Origin: Phyllosticta citribraziliensis
Taxonomy: Eukaryota
Length of the DNA stretch: 64,000 bases
Reading direction: 5' to 3'
NCBI RefSeq assembly: GCF_038025025.1
Contig: NW_027117344.1
Location: forward strand, 1,364,001 to 1,428,000
A program made the translations under genes and the position numbers. Shown here one piece after another: positions 50,261 to 62,273 of this stretch (position 1 is the first letter of the stretch; each line of letters opens with the position of its first letter). The notes beneath the pieces were generated by a model that saw only the letters and a program-made list of their open reading frames with translations, ran no database searches and was not told the origin of the DNA.

Positions 50261-51270
50261 TTACCGGTACTCGGGGCGGACAAAGTCGGCGAACGTCTTG
50301 GGCTCCTCGTACGCGTGGTGGTCGTCTGCTAGACTGTTAGTTGGTGATTTTGTCGAGGTTGCGAGACACTTACGGCCGTGGTCTCCGTGGCCGTGGTCGT
50401 GGTCGTGGGACGCCTCGGGGCCGACGTAATCCATCTTGAGGCAGTTGCCGCACTCGGGGCAGCGCTCAAGAGGGCGCTCGCGGGACATCTGATTGCTGCG
50501 CGTCAACATTGACACCTTGGCGCAACACCAGCCAAACTTACCGTCAGCCAGATGACCGTGTGCGAGTCGGCAGGGAAACCAGTGCAGCCGGCGTACTGCT
50601 CGTCGCCGAAAGAACGGACAATGATCGGGTCATCAACCGTGCCTAGACAGTTGCGTCAACATTTTCCCCTTGCAATTGGCCATATGCAAGCCATCAAGCG
50701 CGCTTTCAGCGCATCTCTCAGCGCATTCGCCCACCACTCTCAATGTCTCTTACCGAGGCGCGAAGCGTCCAGGGGCTTCATGTCGAAGACATCGACGCCC
50801 TGGACCTTTCCGAGAATCTCGAGACGCTCGAGACCGGTGGCCTGCTCAAGGTCGGTGGGGATGGTGCCGGGGGCCGCGCCGGGGGGCAGGAGGTCTGCTT
50901 CGGTGTTGATTTCTGCGTCGTCCGACGGCGGACACGGAATTAGCCAGGAGCTCTATCTCTGCATTCTTTTCTCTCTTCTCCCCCAAACAGCCGCGCGGGA
51001 CCGCGGTCCGTCGTTTGCGGGGAACGGAGCACTGCTAACCCTCAAGCTTCTTGATCTTCTTGTCCTGCTGACCGGGGAGAGGGTCCGACTTGGACGGAGT
51101 GGCTTCGCCTGGTGCGATAGGGCTGGTCAGCTTCGCGTGCCTTGGTTTTCTCGATGCTGTGGTTTTGCCAGGAGCTTACGGCGAATGACCGAGGACGCAA
51201 AGCTGCGCGCGACGGCAGGGCGGATGACGGCCCGCCTGGCGACGGCGAAGGCGGAGCGCTGGAGGAACAT
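50261..51270 (-). CDS. COX4: Cytochrome c oxidase subunit 4 (fungal Cox4 / Vb family), multi-exon
   Basis: Mitochondrial presequence MFLQRSAFAVARRAVIRP; PGTIPTDLEQATGLERLEILGK..DVFDMKPLDASR; YAGCTGFPADSH; ERCPECGNCLKM zinc site; ends PKTFADFVRPEYR*. Confidence 0.95.
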
Positions 51271-51481
51271 GTTGACGGGCAATGGATGCGGAGTGGAGAG
51301 ATACGGCAGGGCGGATGGGCGTGCAGGTGCTTGACGTGAGAGTAAGAAGTCGAACGATGCGGATCAAGTTCGGCATTTTCGGCAGGCACTGACCACCACC
51401 AAATAGCTCGCCCTTATTTCCAATCGCCTTCTGCATCTTCTCGGCCTTATCTACGACTCTCAGTCTTCTCTGTCTATTGCG

Positions 51482-52952
51482 CTATACAACCTCTCGACTT
51501 CTCAGTTCCTCCATCTCCGCCGAGGTATACCCCATCTCCGCCAAAATCTCATCACTGTGCTCTCCAAGGAATGGCGCCCGCGATCGGATGCTCCCCTTGG
51601 TCTCGCTGAATTTGACCGGGACGCCAATCACCCTCAATTCACCCGCTTCGACATCTTCGCAGGGCAATGACTCCACCATGTTTCGGGCTTGGATCTGCGG
51701 ATGCTGAAAGGCTTTTTCGATGGTGTTTACAGGGCCATGAGCCAGACCACTACCGTCAAACACCACCATCCACTCTTCAATTGGCTTTTCGCGTAATATA
51801 TCATTCAGAATGGCGTCCAGAGTCTCACGATGTTGCACCCGTGCTCCATTGGTCTGGAATCTTGGATCATGGAGGAGATCCTTTCTTCCAATCCTTTCCG
51901 CCAGGATTTTGAATTGACGGTCGTTGTTTGCACCAAGGGCCATGTACCCATCCTTGGCCTTGAAGGTATTGTACGGAGCAATGCTCGGATGAGCATTTCC
52001 GTACCGTTTGCCTTCCAGGCCGAGGTTCAACCAACTGGCACCAATGTTGACAAGTAAAGATATCTGCGTCTCAAACAGCGACGCGTCGAGTTTCTGACCT
52101 TTGCCGGTCTTTTCTCGAGCCTTCAAGGCCGCAAGGATCGCTCCATGCATGTACAGTCCAGTGCACATGTCGACCATGCCAAGTCCTGGACGTACTGGAA
52201 GCTGACCTGGTTCTCCGGAAATGTGCATGAGGCCAGCCTCGGCCGCTGCAATGGCATCGTAGCCCGCGCGCTTTGCGTAGGGACCGCTTGGGCCGTAGCC
52301 TGGAGTAAGGTGAGTTTGATATCGAGACCACGGCTTACACATACCGGAGATTGAGGCGTAAATGATGTGTGGGTTGATCCTTGAGACAACGTCGTATCCG
52401 ATCCCTAGCTCCTCTACCTTGCCAGGCACAAAGTTTTCAATCAACACGTCGGACGACTTTGCCAGCTTCAGCAAGATGTCTCGACCCTCAGGCTTCTTCA
52501 GGTCCAGGGTGATGGACCGCTTGTTTCTGTTGATGGCGTTGAAGTAAAACGACATGGGCCCTTTTGTCTTCCACTTCCCAGCTTCGCCGCTGACTGTCCA
52601 CTGCCTGCTATCGTCCTGAGATGCGTCAGCATAATCCCGAGAAACTTTGATATCCTTACCCCGGTTCCCCTCTGCTCGACTTTGATCACATCCGCGCCAT
52701 AGTCTGCCAGGATTTGGGTACAGAATGGTGCCTGTTGATCCAATCAATTGGCGGAAAGGTCAAGCTTCTCAGCGCCATACGCACAGCTAAAATCCGTGAC
52801 AGATCAAGAACCTTCAGACCTGCCAGTGGTCCTTGGGAGCCTTCGTCCCGTGCCGACGTCGACAGTAACTTTGGCGCGGCAGGTTTCGAAAGGCTGGGTG
52901 ATTGGAGGTGTCGTCGAAGCAACTGCAACCTTTTCACGGCGGTTCTCCACAT
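51482..52952 (-). CDS. CoA-transferase family III (CaiB/BaiF; succinate:hydroxymethylglutarate CoA-transferase-like), mitochondrial presequence
   Basis: GPLAGLKVLDLSRILA|APFCTQILADYGADVIKVE, NRNKRSITLDLK, DVLIENF, AGYDAIA, APFLGEHS. Introns 52784-52732, 52659-52616 and 52344-52300. Confidence 0.94.
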
Positions 52953-53176
52953 ATTGGCGGCACCAAGGTCAGGAGTTCGATGAGTCGAGACGCTCGTCGT
53001 TCAAAGATTGTTGTCCCAGGTACGCGTTTACCTTCTGAGCTAACTGCGGGGTTGTTGCATGGAGTCGCTGCGGCTAGAGCTACCATCCGAGGTCGATCAA
53101 ACATGGAACCAAGCAGTTCGATGTTTCTACGGCTTCCAGCCGACAACTTGGAAAGGAAATAACTTTATTCGGAACT

Positions 53177-54574
53177 ATGAACAGAATCAAGTCGCAGGCC
53201 TGCAGTGCCCAACGAAGTCTTGAATGTGCCGCAGCTGACGGTCTGCAGAGCTACAAGTTTTTCAAAGGTGGCGTTGGGCATAGGCCACAGTTATCTTCAA
53301 GACTTGAGGGTCAGAATCGAGAATCAAGGACGATACATGCAAGAGCTACGGAATACCTGCCCGATCTGCCAGACCTTTCAGAATCGCAGCGCGCCGTCAG
53401 GGGCGCCATTTCAAAAATCTGCACCAGGTTCCCGGACGAGTACTGGCTCGTCCGTGATAACGAGAAAAAATCGGCCGAGCGAGTTCACCACGGCCATTGC
53501 CAGACATGGATGGCTCGGCATCTGCATGCCCGCGGCGTACGGAGGCTCCGAGCTAGGGCTGGCCGAAGCCGTGACCATGGTGCAGACAGTTGCCGAATCG
53601 GGCGGTGGATTCTCGGCCACCTCTAGCATCCACATGAACATCTTTGGGTTGGCGCCCGTCGTCAAGTTTGGCGTCGAAAAGCAAAAGAGGAGATTTCTAC
53701 CTCCGTTGATTGAGGGAAAGAACAAGGGTAAAGGCGCCTTTTACAACGTATCAAGAGTAGATCATGTTGACAAACGTAGTTGCTTTGCCGCCACAGAGCC
53801 CAACACGGGCCTCGACACGCTCAAGCTGCAATCGACAGCTACCAAGACGCCAAACGGCCAGGCGTATGTTCTCCGCGGTAGCAAGACCTGGACATCAACC
53901 GCGCAACAAGCATCCAAAATCCTCATCCTCGCACGCACGACCTCTTTATCCGACGTGGAAAAGCCCTCCTCGCACGGCCTCTCCCTCTTCTACACGCCAC
54001 TCGACCGGGCCGCCGTGTCCATCGCCGACATTCCCAAAATGGGCCGCGCAGCCGTCGACTCCAACGCGCTGCACTTTGACGGATGGCGCGTGCCAGCGAG
54101 CGACCGCATTGGGCGCGAGGGCGCGAGGGCGCCGGCTCCAAGCACATCCTGCACGACATGAACGCCGAGCGTATCCTGCTGGCCGACGAGGCCGTCGGCC
54201 TGGGCTTCGCGGCGCTGCGGCGCGCCTCGCGGTACGCGGGCGAGCGCGTCGTCTTTGGCCGCGCCGTCGGCGCCAACCAGGGGGTGCAGCACCCGCTGGC
54301 GGCCAGCTGGGTGGAGCTCGAGGCGGCACGCATGTTCGACGAGGGCTGCCAGACGGGCGAGTATGCCAACGCTGTCAAGTGGTAGGCGAGCGAGACGGCG
54401 TTTCGCTCGTGCGAGAGGGCCGTCGTGGCGCATTGCGGCATGGGGTATGCGAAGGAGTACCATGTAGAGCGGTATCTGAGGGAGGTTTTGGTGCCGAGGA
54501 TCGCGCCTGTGAGTAGAGAGATGTGTCTGAATTATATTGGGGAGAGGGTTCTGGGACTGCCAAAAAGCTATTGA
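53177..54574 (+). pseudogene. Acyl-CoA dehydrogenase pseudogene (5' boundary uncertain)
   Basis: Motifs GWLGICMPAAYGGSELG, SCFAATEPNTGLDT, LRGSKTWTS, ERVVFGRAVGANQGVQHPLA and GMGYAKEYHVERYLRE are spread over different frames. Frameshift near the A-run 53465-53470, 8-bp duplication at 54111-54126, premature TAG at 54383-54385. Confidence 0.88.
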
Positions 54575-55351
54575 GTTGATGCACTGATCATTAAGTGCCA
54601 AATATCCTGGCAGTCACGTCGCTTTGGGAGCAGATGGAGGGGATCATTCATACACTCAAGTAGGTGATCAATTAGAAGCACTCATGGCAAATCAGACCAA
54701 AAGATTTGGTATCAATGTGACAAAATCCTTGGGGCGTTGACAAGGACCATTCATCTGTGATGTCCCAATGGGTGCGCATGTGCTCCCAAAACGAGGCACG
54801 CGAGGAAAATAAAACAGATGAGAACAAGAAAAACAAAACACCATTTTTGATGCCTACATGCTAGACCGACTACATGCATACACTACACACTACGACTACT
54901 ACTGATTGACTGACGACTAAAGAAAAAGATTAATTTTTTGTGGCTCCTGCTGTCCGTCCACTTCCCCAACCATCTCTCCACCCAAAACCCCCCACCACTC
55001 CCACTCCTGACCAACCCAAAAGAAAAAAAAAATAAAAAAAAATGCTCGAATCCTACTCCCACTCTCTGTTCCACTTTCGCTCCAAAGCCGCCGCACATCG
55101 CGCCCAAACACCGCGCGGTCTCATGGCCACTCACTGCGTCCATCCGATTGCATGGTTGCCGTCCAACCAACCGACCAGCAAACAGCCAAATTAACCCTTG
55201 ACCACTCGAGACAACAATCCAGCAATTCCTTTGCTTCCGATTTTCTTTGCCTTCCATGCCCACGCCACTCTCAGTATTAAAGCATTACCATTACTTCGAC
55301 CAGCAACGCTACCAGATCCCCTGGCTGTCACTGCCGCACATTCCTCCAAGA

Positions 55352-58300
55352 TTAAACTCTGATGACGACTCGAATGCCCACAGCCCTCGCTTCCCTGACG
55401 CAACACGCCATACACGTCCGGCCCACGCGAGCCACGAGCGCGTTCTCGCCGCGATCAGCGCACCACGCGCGTGCCAGAAGCGCGGGATCGCAGCCGCCCA
55501 TAATGCTCGCCGAGCCCCTGGGCGGCCTCGCATCAATGATGAGCACCTCGCCCGATGCGGCCGTCTCGTCGAGCAATGAGATGCTCGACGACGAAGGCGA
55601 GCTGTGGTGGGACTGGGCGAGCAGTTCCAGCGGCGAGACGACGCGGAACTTGTGCGCCGCGTGAAGTGGATGCGCAGGATAGCGGCGCGACGACAGCTTG
55701 CGCGGCGGCGGGAGAGGTGGCTCGGGAGGGTGCGCCGTCGTCGAGTCGTGCCGGCCGTCTGGGTGCGGGCTGTTGTTAGCATTGGTGCTGGCGCCGCTGC
55801 TATCGTTGATGGGCCCACGGCAGAGACGGAGGAATTTGTTGTTTGGAGGTGGCGTGCAAGGAAAGGCTGTTATGAAGTTGACGTCGTACGTGAGCGCCAG
55901 AGTCGTGCTCGTCTCGGGCGAGGTGAAAGTGAGATGGGCCGAATACGTGGGTGTAGGCGTGTCGTCCGTGTCACTGTCGTGAGTCTCCAACGAGGGCGGA
56001 GGTGTCTCTGGACTCAGGGCGAGTTTGGTGAATCTAATGTTGGAGAAGGGCACCTCGTATAGGTCCCTCGGGACGTTAAAGTCCTCCTCGGAGACAGCAT
56101 TGACCTGCTTTCCAGCAAGAAAGTCCGAGTCTCTTGCGATCAGGTCTGCTTGCTCGATTCTTGCCTTGCTCTTTTTCCCCTGCGACGGTGGAATGATGGC
56201 ATTGACAACATCAACCCACATGTCATGAAAGCCTTCAGGAACACATGGCACACTTATCCACCCAACACACTCTTTTGCGCCATCAAGGGCACCAAGTACC
56301 CTACCAATGACACAGCTCTTGCTCCACCAGCTACGTCCAGAGTATAGAAAGCCGCCGTACAAATTTGCCGAGTCACCCAATGCAGCAACAGCGAGCTTGT
56401 CATTCTCCAGCAGGGTGGACATGAGGAGATGAGAGATTGGCTCGCCGGGGAGAACGAGGCCGGAAAGATATGTCCGGCTGAGCCACCCACCAATGTCTGG
56501 CGGCTTGCTATCATTGCTGCGTACAGACGTGTCTCTTCGAAGCAGTGACGGTCTGAAAGATGACGGTGGCGGAGGGGGCGCAACCGACGGTTGTAGCTGC
56601 ACGGAGCGGCTGGTGACCAACCTGTTGAGGTCGGGGCGCCTGAGCGCATCATCAAAGTAACCCCCTGAATCCTTGACAGATCGTGGAGACGCAAGTGGAG
56701 TAGCAAGCGGGGTGCCGTAGATGCTCGTCGTTGCGGGTGTTGGCGTGTCTTGCAGTTTGGACGTCAGGCTGGAAGTCAGCTCGGACAAGTTGGCCCAACC
56801 CAACGACTCTGCAAAGAAAAGGAGACCAGAGAGCTGCCGATCTCGGTGTCTTGGCTTCAGCCAGAATTCGGTCTCTCGAGGTTCCTCCTGCTCTTCTATG
56901 CGAGTGTAATTCAAAGCTGCTAGGAATCCTCGTCTTTTGGGCGTCAGTGGCGCCGGCTCTTCTTCGATTATCTCAACGTTCTCCATGAAGCGCCTGGCCA
57001 GGACGAGGTCCCAGTCGGTTTTGCGGGTCTTCATATTAGCGAAATTACGAACTTCTGCCGCTGTCAAATGCAGCTTGTCCGTGACCTCCTGAACACTCAA
57101 CCCTGATATTGCATCGAGCCGCAGAAGCAACTCTGACGCCAGCAAAATCTGGAGCAGGAGCATATCGCGCTCGCATGGTCCGTCAAAATGCTCCTCTTCA
57201 GAATCTCCAGTCCCGCCTTCCCACAGCAGCTGTCCTAGCCGGATTCGCCATTCGACAGTGCCAAAATCGCACCAAATCCCCTTGGTTCTCAGGATCCGGA
57301 CCAGAGTCTCGATTTGCACCTTGAGGCCTGTAGGATCCCCGGTTGAGCCATCAAACCTCGGCGGCATCAAGAACTTGCTGAAGAGGTGGGCGTAGAGCTC
57401 TCCTGTCGACTGCGTATCCAGAATGGTCGTCCGTCCGCCACTGTCCCGGTAAGTCTGGTGGCAACGACTCAGCTCCATCAATCTTTCGTAAATGAAGCGC
57501 TGGTCCAGCCACTTGATTCCTAGCTTTTCCGGGGCTGATTGTAGCAACTCGCGATTCAAAAACGCCTCCTCATCTTCATCCTGTGTCCGGAAGCGGTCCG
57601 CCTTGGCCTCCTCGAGAAAGTGTTCGACTCCTGTCGTGCCAACCTCCAGTCCTTGCGCGCTCAACATGCTTGGCACCTCCACGACATCGATCTCGTGTCC
57701 AACGGACTGTCCGGGACCGGCATTCTGTTGATCCTCCTCGCAGGTGTGAGGCCGCAAGGTCGCCGCGATGAATGCTGCGTGGGGCAATCGTGGGCAGTCC
57801 GACACGTCCTGGAGGTTCACGTCCTGGTCGAAAGGAAAGTCGACCCTTGGAGTTCGCCGGCCTTTGGTCTTTTCGACTGCGAATCTTGGGGCGCCAGAAA
57901 AGAGCTTGGGAATATCTTCGGCCGTCAAACCTACAACGTCCATGTTGTCAGCATCTTGTTCTTCCGGCCCGGCCTCTGCTTGTTATTTCCTTCCCCTGAG
58001 GGCCGGACCACCTGGTAGCGGGAGCAGACGGCGGCCAATACGCACCCCTTTGGTCAAGACTCGTGCGCTCCTCTGCTATGACGTCGGACTGGGCATCATG
58101 GTCGTGGTCGTCGTCAATGGCAGGCGTGACGAGCGTCTCACTTATGGAGCGGGCCGAGGGAGCGGCGGCGGTTCCGTCATGATTGTCGAGCTTGGTCAGG
58201 GTAGCTCTCGAGCGGCGACGCTTTTTGAGGGTGCCTCTGACGGGGTCGGGAACGAGAGATTTGCGGCGCGGTGGGGGCGGCGTTTCTTGTTGCTGGTCAC

Positions 58301-58551
58301 AAGCAGACGGCATGTCAGCGCGTGCTGGTACCTAACATGGCAGACACGACACGAGGAAGGGGACCAACATGGAGAGGATGTTCGGCGGGGCTGGTGGTCC
58401 TCCGCAGCTGCCATCTCTCCTGTATCTCTTTGGTGAAGGAGGAAAAGAGCTGGCGCAGGTAGTCGCGCTTTCTGAGGCGGTGGTCTGGTTTTTCAACGTG
58501 GATGGCGGCATCCTGATCAGGCGCGTTCCTCCTGCGCCAGCCAAAGGGCAT
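55352..58551 (-). CDS. Large fungal hypothetical protein (~1000 aa); 5' exon structure uncertain
   Basis: 863-aa open frame 57943-55352 with globular-looking blocks (KLFSGAPRF, VEWRIRLGQLLW, GGWLSRTYLSGLVLPGE, ARAWCADRGE..CMACCVREA). Upstream ORF pieces (58551-~58366, ~58290-58026) can be joined through GT..AG introns. Confidence 0.8.
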
Positions 58552-61211
58552 GTTGCACCTTGGGTGGCGGTGGGCGGTTGGGTGGGGTGCTGCGGCTTGG
58601 GAGGGGAATGGGTCGTGTGTTTTGCGAGGCAGCGACGTATTTCTTGTTGCCGACGCGGACGAGGCAGACGAGGCCTGAGCAGCGCTCGCAGCATACACCG
58701 CTCATTGCCCGATATCGCGCGCGTGCGTTCAGGGGCGAGCGTCTCTTGGGAGGAATCAAAGCTTCCAGGGCCAGGTCGGACCGGCGGGTCATGATGGGCA
58801 AGAGAAGAGAAAAGAGAGAGGAAGAGAGAGGAGTAGCACGTTCCGGGAGGTTGGTTGCTGCACTGTATCACGGCTGGCAGGCAAACAGGGCCACACCCTG
58901 GTCGGGCAGGATGGGACTGCTTGTTGATACGGATAAGTCAACTAGCTGGGGCGCTGCTGCAGGTGCAGATGCACGCTGCCAGGTGGCTGTCTGTGCGAGG
59001 ACTGGGACGCGCACGGCACGGCGGTCAGTGTGGGCGGCCATGGGGTGAGCATGGAGGAGGAGGAGGAGGAGGAGGAGAGGGAGGTGGTGGTGGTGATGAT
59101 GAAGATGGAGAAGAGGTGGACGACAGGTACTACACAAGGCCTGACAGGAGCTGTGCTGTGGGAGGGTGCCGTGGGTGGCGGGGAAAAGCTTCGACGATGG
59201 GTTCCAGGTTGCTTCTCCCGCGCTTCGGCTCGACTTCTGGAATCCCGTCCCACCTCACCTCTGCTCAGCCGGCCCGAACCAGGCAGTGCAGCCAACCAAC
59301 CGGCCCGCCCGACTCTCCATCCGCCTGGGCTCTAGTCCCGCGACAACCACCAACTGCACCAATTCCATTTGTCAACGGGCCATGAGACCGTCCTGCGGTC
59401 CCGACGCTCACCCACCACCAACCCATCATTTGTGTCTCGATTCCGTTTCAGCCTCGTCGAGTCTTTGTCCATCTCCGTCCATTTCCAATACAAATTTCAA
59501 ATCCCCTAGGAACCTCTTGGTCTGCACGATGGACTGGACGCAGCATCGGCATCGATTCAAAGCGGGCATGGCGTCGACAACGTGGGGTCTGAGTTGTATC
59601 GAGGAATGTCAAATATAAAAAACATGGGCGCTGTACACCGGAATTGGCTGCAACTATAGCTCCTGTAGCTCCCTAGCACTAAACCAGCATACAGGAACTT
59701 TGCTTACTACCCTTACTCTTAACACACGCGTAAAACACGCGAGAGAGTGATGTAAACAGCTATTTTAAGACCCCGACCTAAACTACCAGTCGACATTCGT
59801 TAATCGATTCGACCAATCATGAAACCAGAGTTGGTTGATGGATGATTTGGAAGTGTCCGTTGGGTTAAACCAACGTCGCCCTTCACATCGTCCGTTGTCT
59901 ATATAACTAGCGGATTTTGAGTAAATGCCTATCCTGAATTGAAGCCGTAATCGTGGGTGCCAAAACTCTTTGCACCCAAGCATCAGATCCTGGCATGTAC
60001 TGCTGCGCCGGTTTGCTACACCTTTCCTTAAAGCGGGACGGGAGTTTCAGGTCTAGTGCTCCCACCTGGTTGCAAGTTCAAAAGAATCTGGCGTTGAAAG
60101 TGTAGTTAAGAATCCTCGGACAACCTAGCTCTACCAACCCTCTTGCGAGTGAGGTGCTGTTCATCCTCTTGTCGAGTTTGCTGGTGATATTTGAGTGATT
60201 CGAAGAAACGTTCAACCTCCTCTTTTTGCACATGGTAACCTCAGCCCTTGCAGAACATCACCCCGACCGTCATTACGTTGAAAGCAACTCCTCGGCATTG
60301 GGAAAAGGGCAGTTTAGGGGTTGTAGGTCTTCATTGGATAGCCGAAAGCCTAGAGCCTGGAGAGGTTCAGCAGAACCGACTACCTCTCAAGCTGCGTCGT
60401 GGGATGTATTGCAGCATTCTTCCGAAAGCTCCGCGGCGCTGAGATCTCCGGTCAGCACCAGAGCGATTCTGGGCGCTTAAAGTACGAAGGTGAATCTAGC
60501 AAACAAGTCCGCAGTCAGTCATCCTGGTACTTCGATTTCTGTTGAATCGCAGTGTCACATGGAGAACGGCAGCCAGAAGACTATCGCGGATTTGATATTC
60601 CAAAGCACTGCGGCGAGTAGTACACCAGTGCCTTCATCAGCCCCGAAGCCGTGAAAACGGCGCAATGATGATTCCTTTTTCGGTGACGGACCGAGATCTC
60701 CAGCCAGAGTGACTTGAGTAATCAATCAAGGCCGTATTGTACGCCCACGGAGACATTTGATGTGTGCGAAGGCGCCCACTTCCAGTGTTCACTCAACAAG
60801 TCTCGCCAGTCAGTCACTCGGCCGCCTCTCCACCGACCGGCAGCCACCCTCGCGGCATAAAGCGGATACCCCGCTGGACATGCTTTTTCGATGGCTGCGT
60901 CATCCTTCGTTGCCCTCTTTCATTGTAGGGAGCGTTGTGGCCGGCCAACTGACCGTGCCAGGGCTCTATTTCTTAAGGCCCTGACATGAGACGGCGACGG
61001 TGACTGGCTGCGGTAGGCATGGGTATCGGATGAACTGCGGATGGCGTTCCATAAAGCTTGCCATTCGTCCGACGCGCAGTCTCATGTGTAGCTTGGCGAC
61101 TCGACGGTCTGTCGTGCAGTGGATCGTTGGCTCGGCCAAGACGCGGACGAAGGCGACCGACGTCGCATTTCGAGGTGTTGATCTTGTCGACCGGCAGCCA
61201 CGTCTCGTGGC

Positions 61212-61572
61212 TCAGGAGTTGGACGAACTGACTCGACGCGCCTTGATTTCCGCGAGCTTCTTGTCAAGGCCGGCTTTCTGTTGCAGCAAATGCGCTCGTT
61301 GCTGTTCGAGACCGGCGATGCGTGCTTCGATGGGTACTTCCTGGGCAGCTTTGCGCGCCTGCAGACATGGCGTCAGTGATCGTTAAACCTCTCTTGGGTG
61401 TCGAAGGGTAGTTTCAGGCTATGGGTTCTGCAATGGCTTCGGTCGGTCGACGTCCTACCTGACTTTGCTGAGTTTGCGTTTTCAATCCAGCACCGTAGAG
61501 GGAACCCATCACGACGGTGGCCGCAACGCCGCCAGTGAGAGCCCACAATCGAATGGTTTTTGGCTGCACCAT
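61212..61572 (-). CDS. Small protein (86 aa) with N-terminal hydrophobic segment and C-terminal coiled coil
   Basis: Exons 61572-61459 and 61358-61212, GTAGGA..CTGAC..CAG intron. MVQPKTIRLWALTGGVAATVVMGSLYGAGLKTQTQQSQ|ARKAAQEVPIEARIAGLEQQRAHLLQQKAGLDKKLAEIKARR. Confidence 0.8.
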
Positions 61573-61856
61573 TGTAGCGGTTGAAACGTCGATGGAAGTG
61601 TCGAAGGGTAAAATGATGACGGGGCGAGATGGCAAACGTGGTTGTTGGCAAGCAGAAGCTCGCACCACCCTGCCAGTCGCTAAATCCGAAATCGCCGAGG
61701 TGAGTAAACAATCCCCGCTCTCGCGACCATCCCACACCGTCAACAACACAAACCCTCACTACCATCCGTCGCCGTCAGCCTCTTTTCCTCGTGCAGCGAT
61801 CCCTCGAGAGCCTTCCAAGACCCCTTGCGTCTTCCTAGCCTCTTAACGCGTCGAAC

Positions 61857-62273
61857 ATGTCCGGAGTCCCTCGCCAACAGTCGGGCAGCAACTCGCGCCT
61901 TAGCTCGATGCCTTCGTCCCAAAAGCCGCGACAGCTCTCCCACCTCCACTCCCAACTGGCGCAATTGACGGCGAATATTTCGGATCTCGAGAATCTGCTT
62001 CGGATGACGGCGGTCCAGGCCGAGAGCATGCGCGGTCTTGGAGGATATTGTGGCGGAATGTACGTTGGAGCACTCACAGTCCTGCGTCGGCCTCGGTGGT
62101 TATTGTACTGTTGAGGGTTGAGCGGGAATTGGTCAGCCGTCGTATTTTCACACAGCTAATGCACATTATCTCCGCACAGGTTCATGGCAGCCAGCAAGGT
62201 GCTCGGAGAAGAGACCGTCAACGGCGGCGGTAGTGGCAGCAACCAGTCCGAAGGCGCACGCGACCACCCATGA
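61857..62273 (+). CDS. HSK3: DASH/Dam1 kinetochore complex subunit Hsk3
   Basis: Exons 61857-62059 and 62180-62273. RQLSHLHSQLAQLTANISDLENLLRMTAVQAESMRGLG..GM|FMAASKVL matches the DASH_Hsk3 pattern. Confidence 0.9.

Noticed and set aside
60660..60760. ATGATGA as the C box of a second snoRNA
   Set aside because: No suitably placed CTGA D box and no rRNA-complementary guide that I could recognise.
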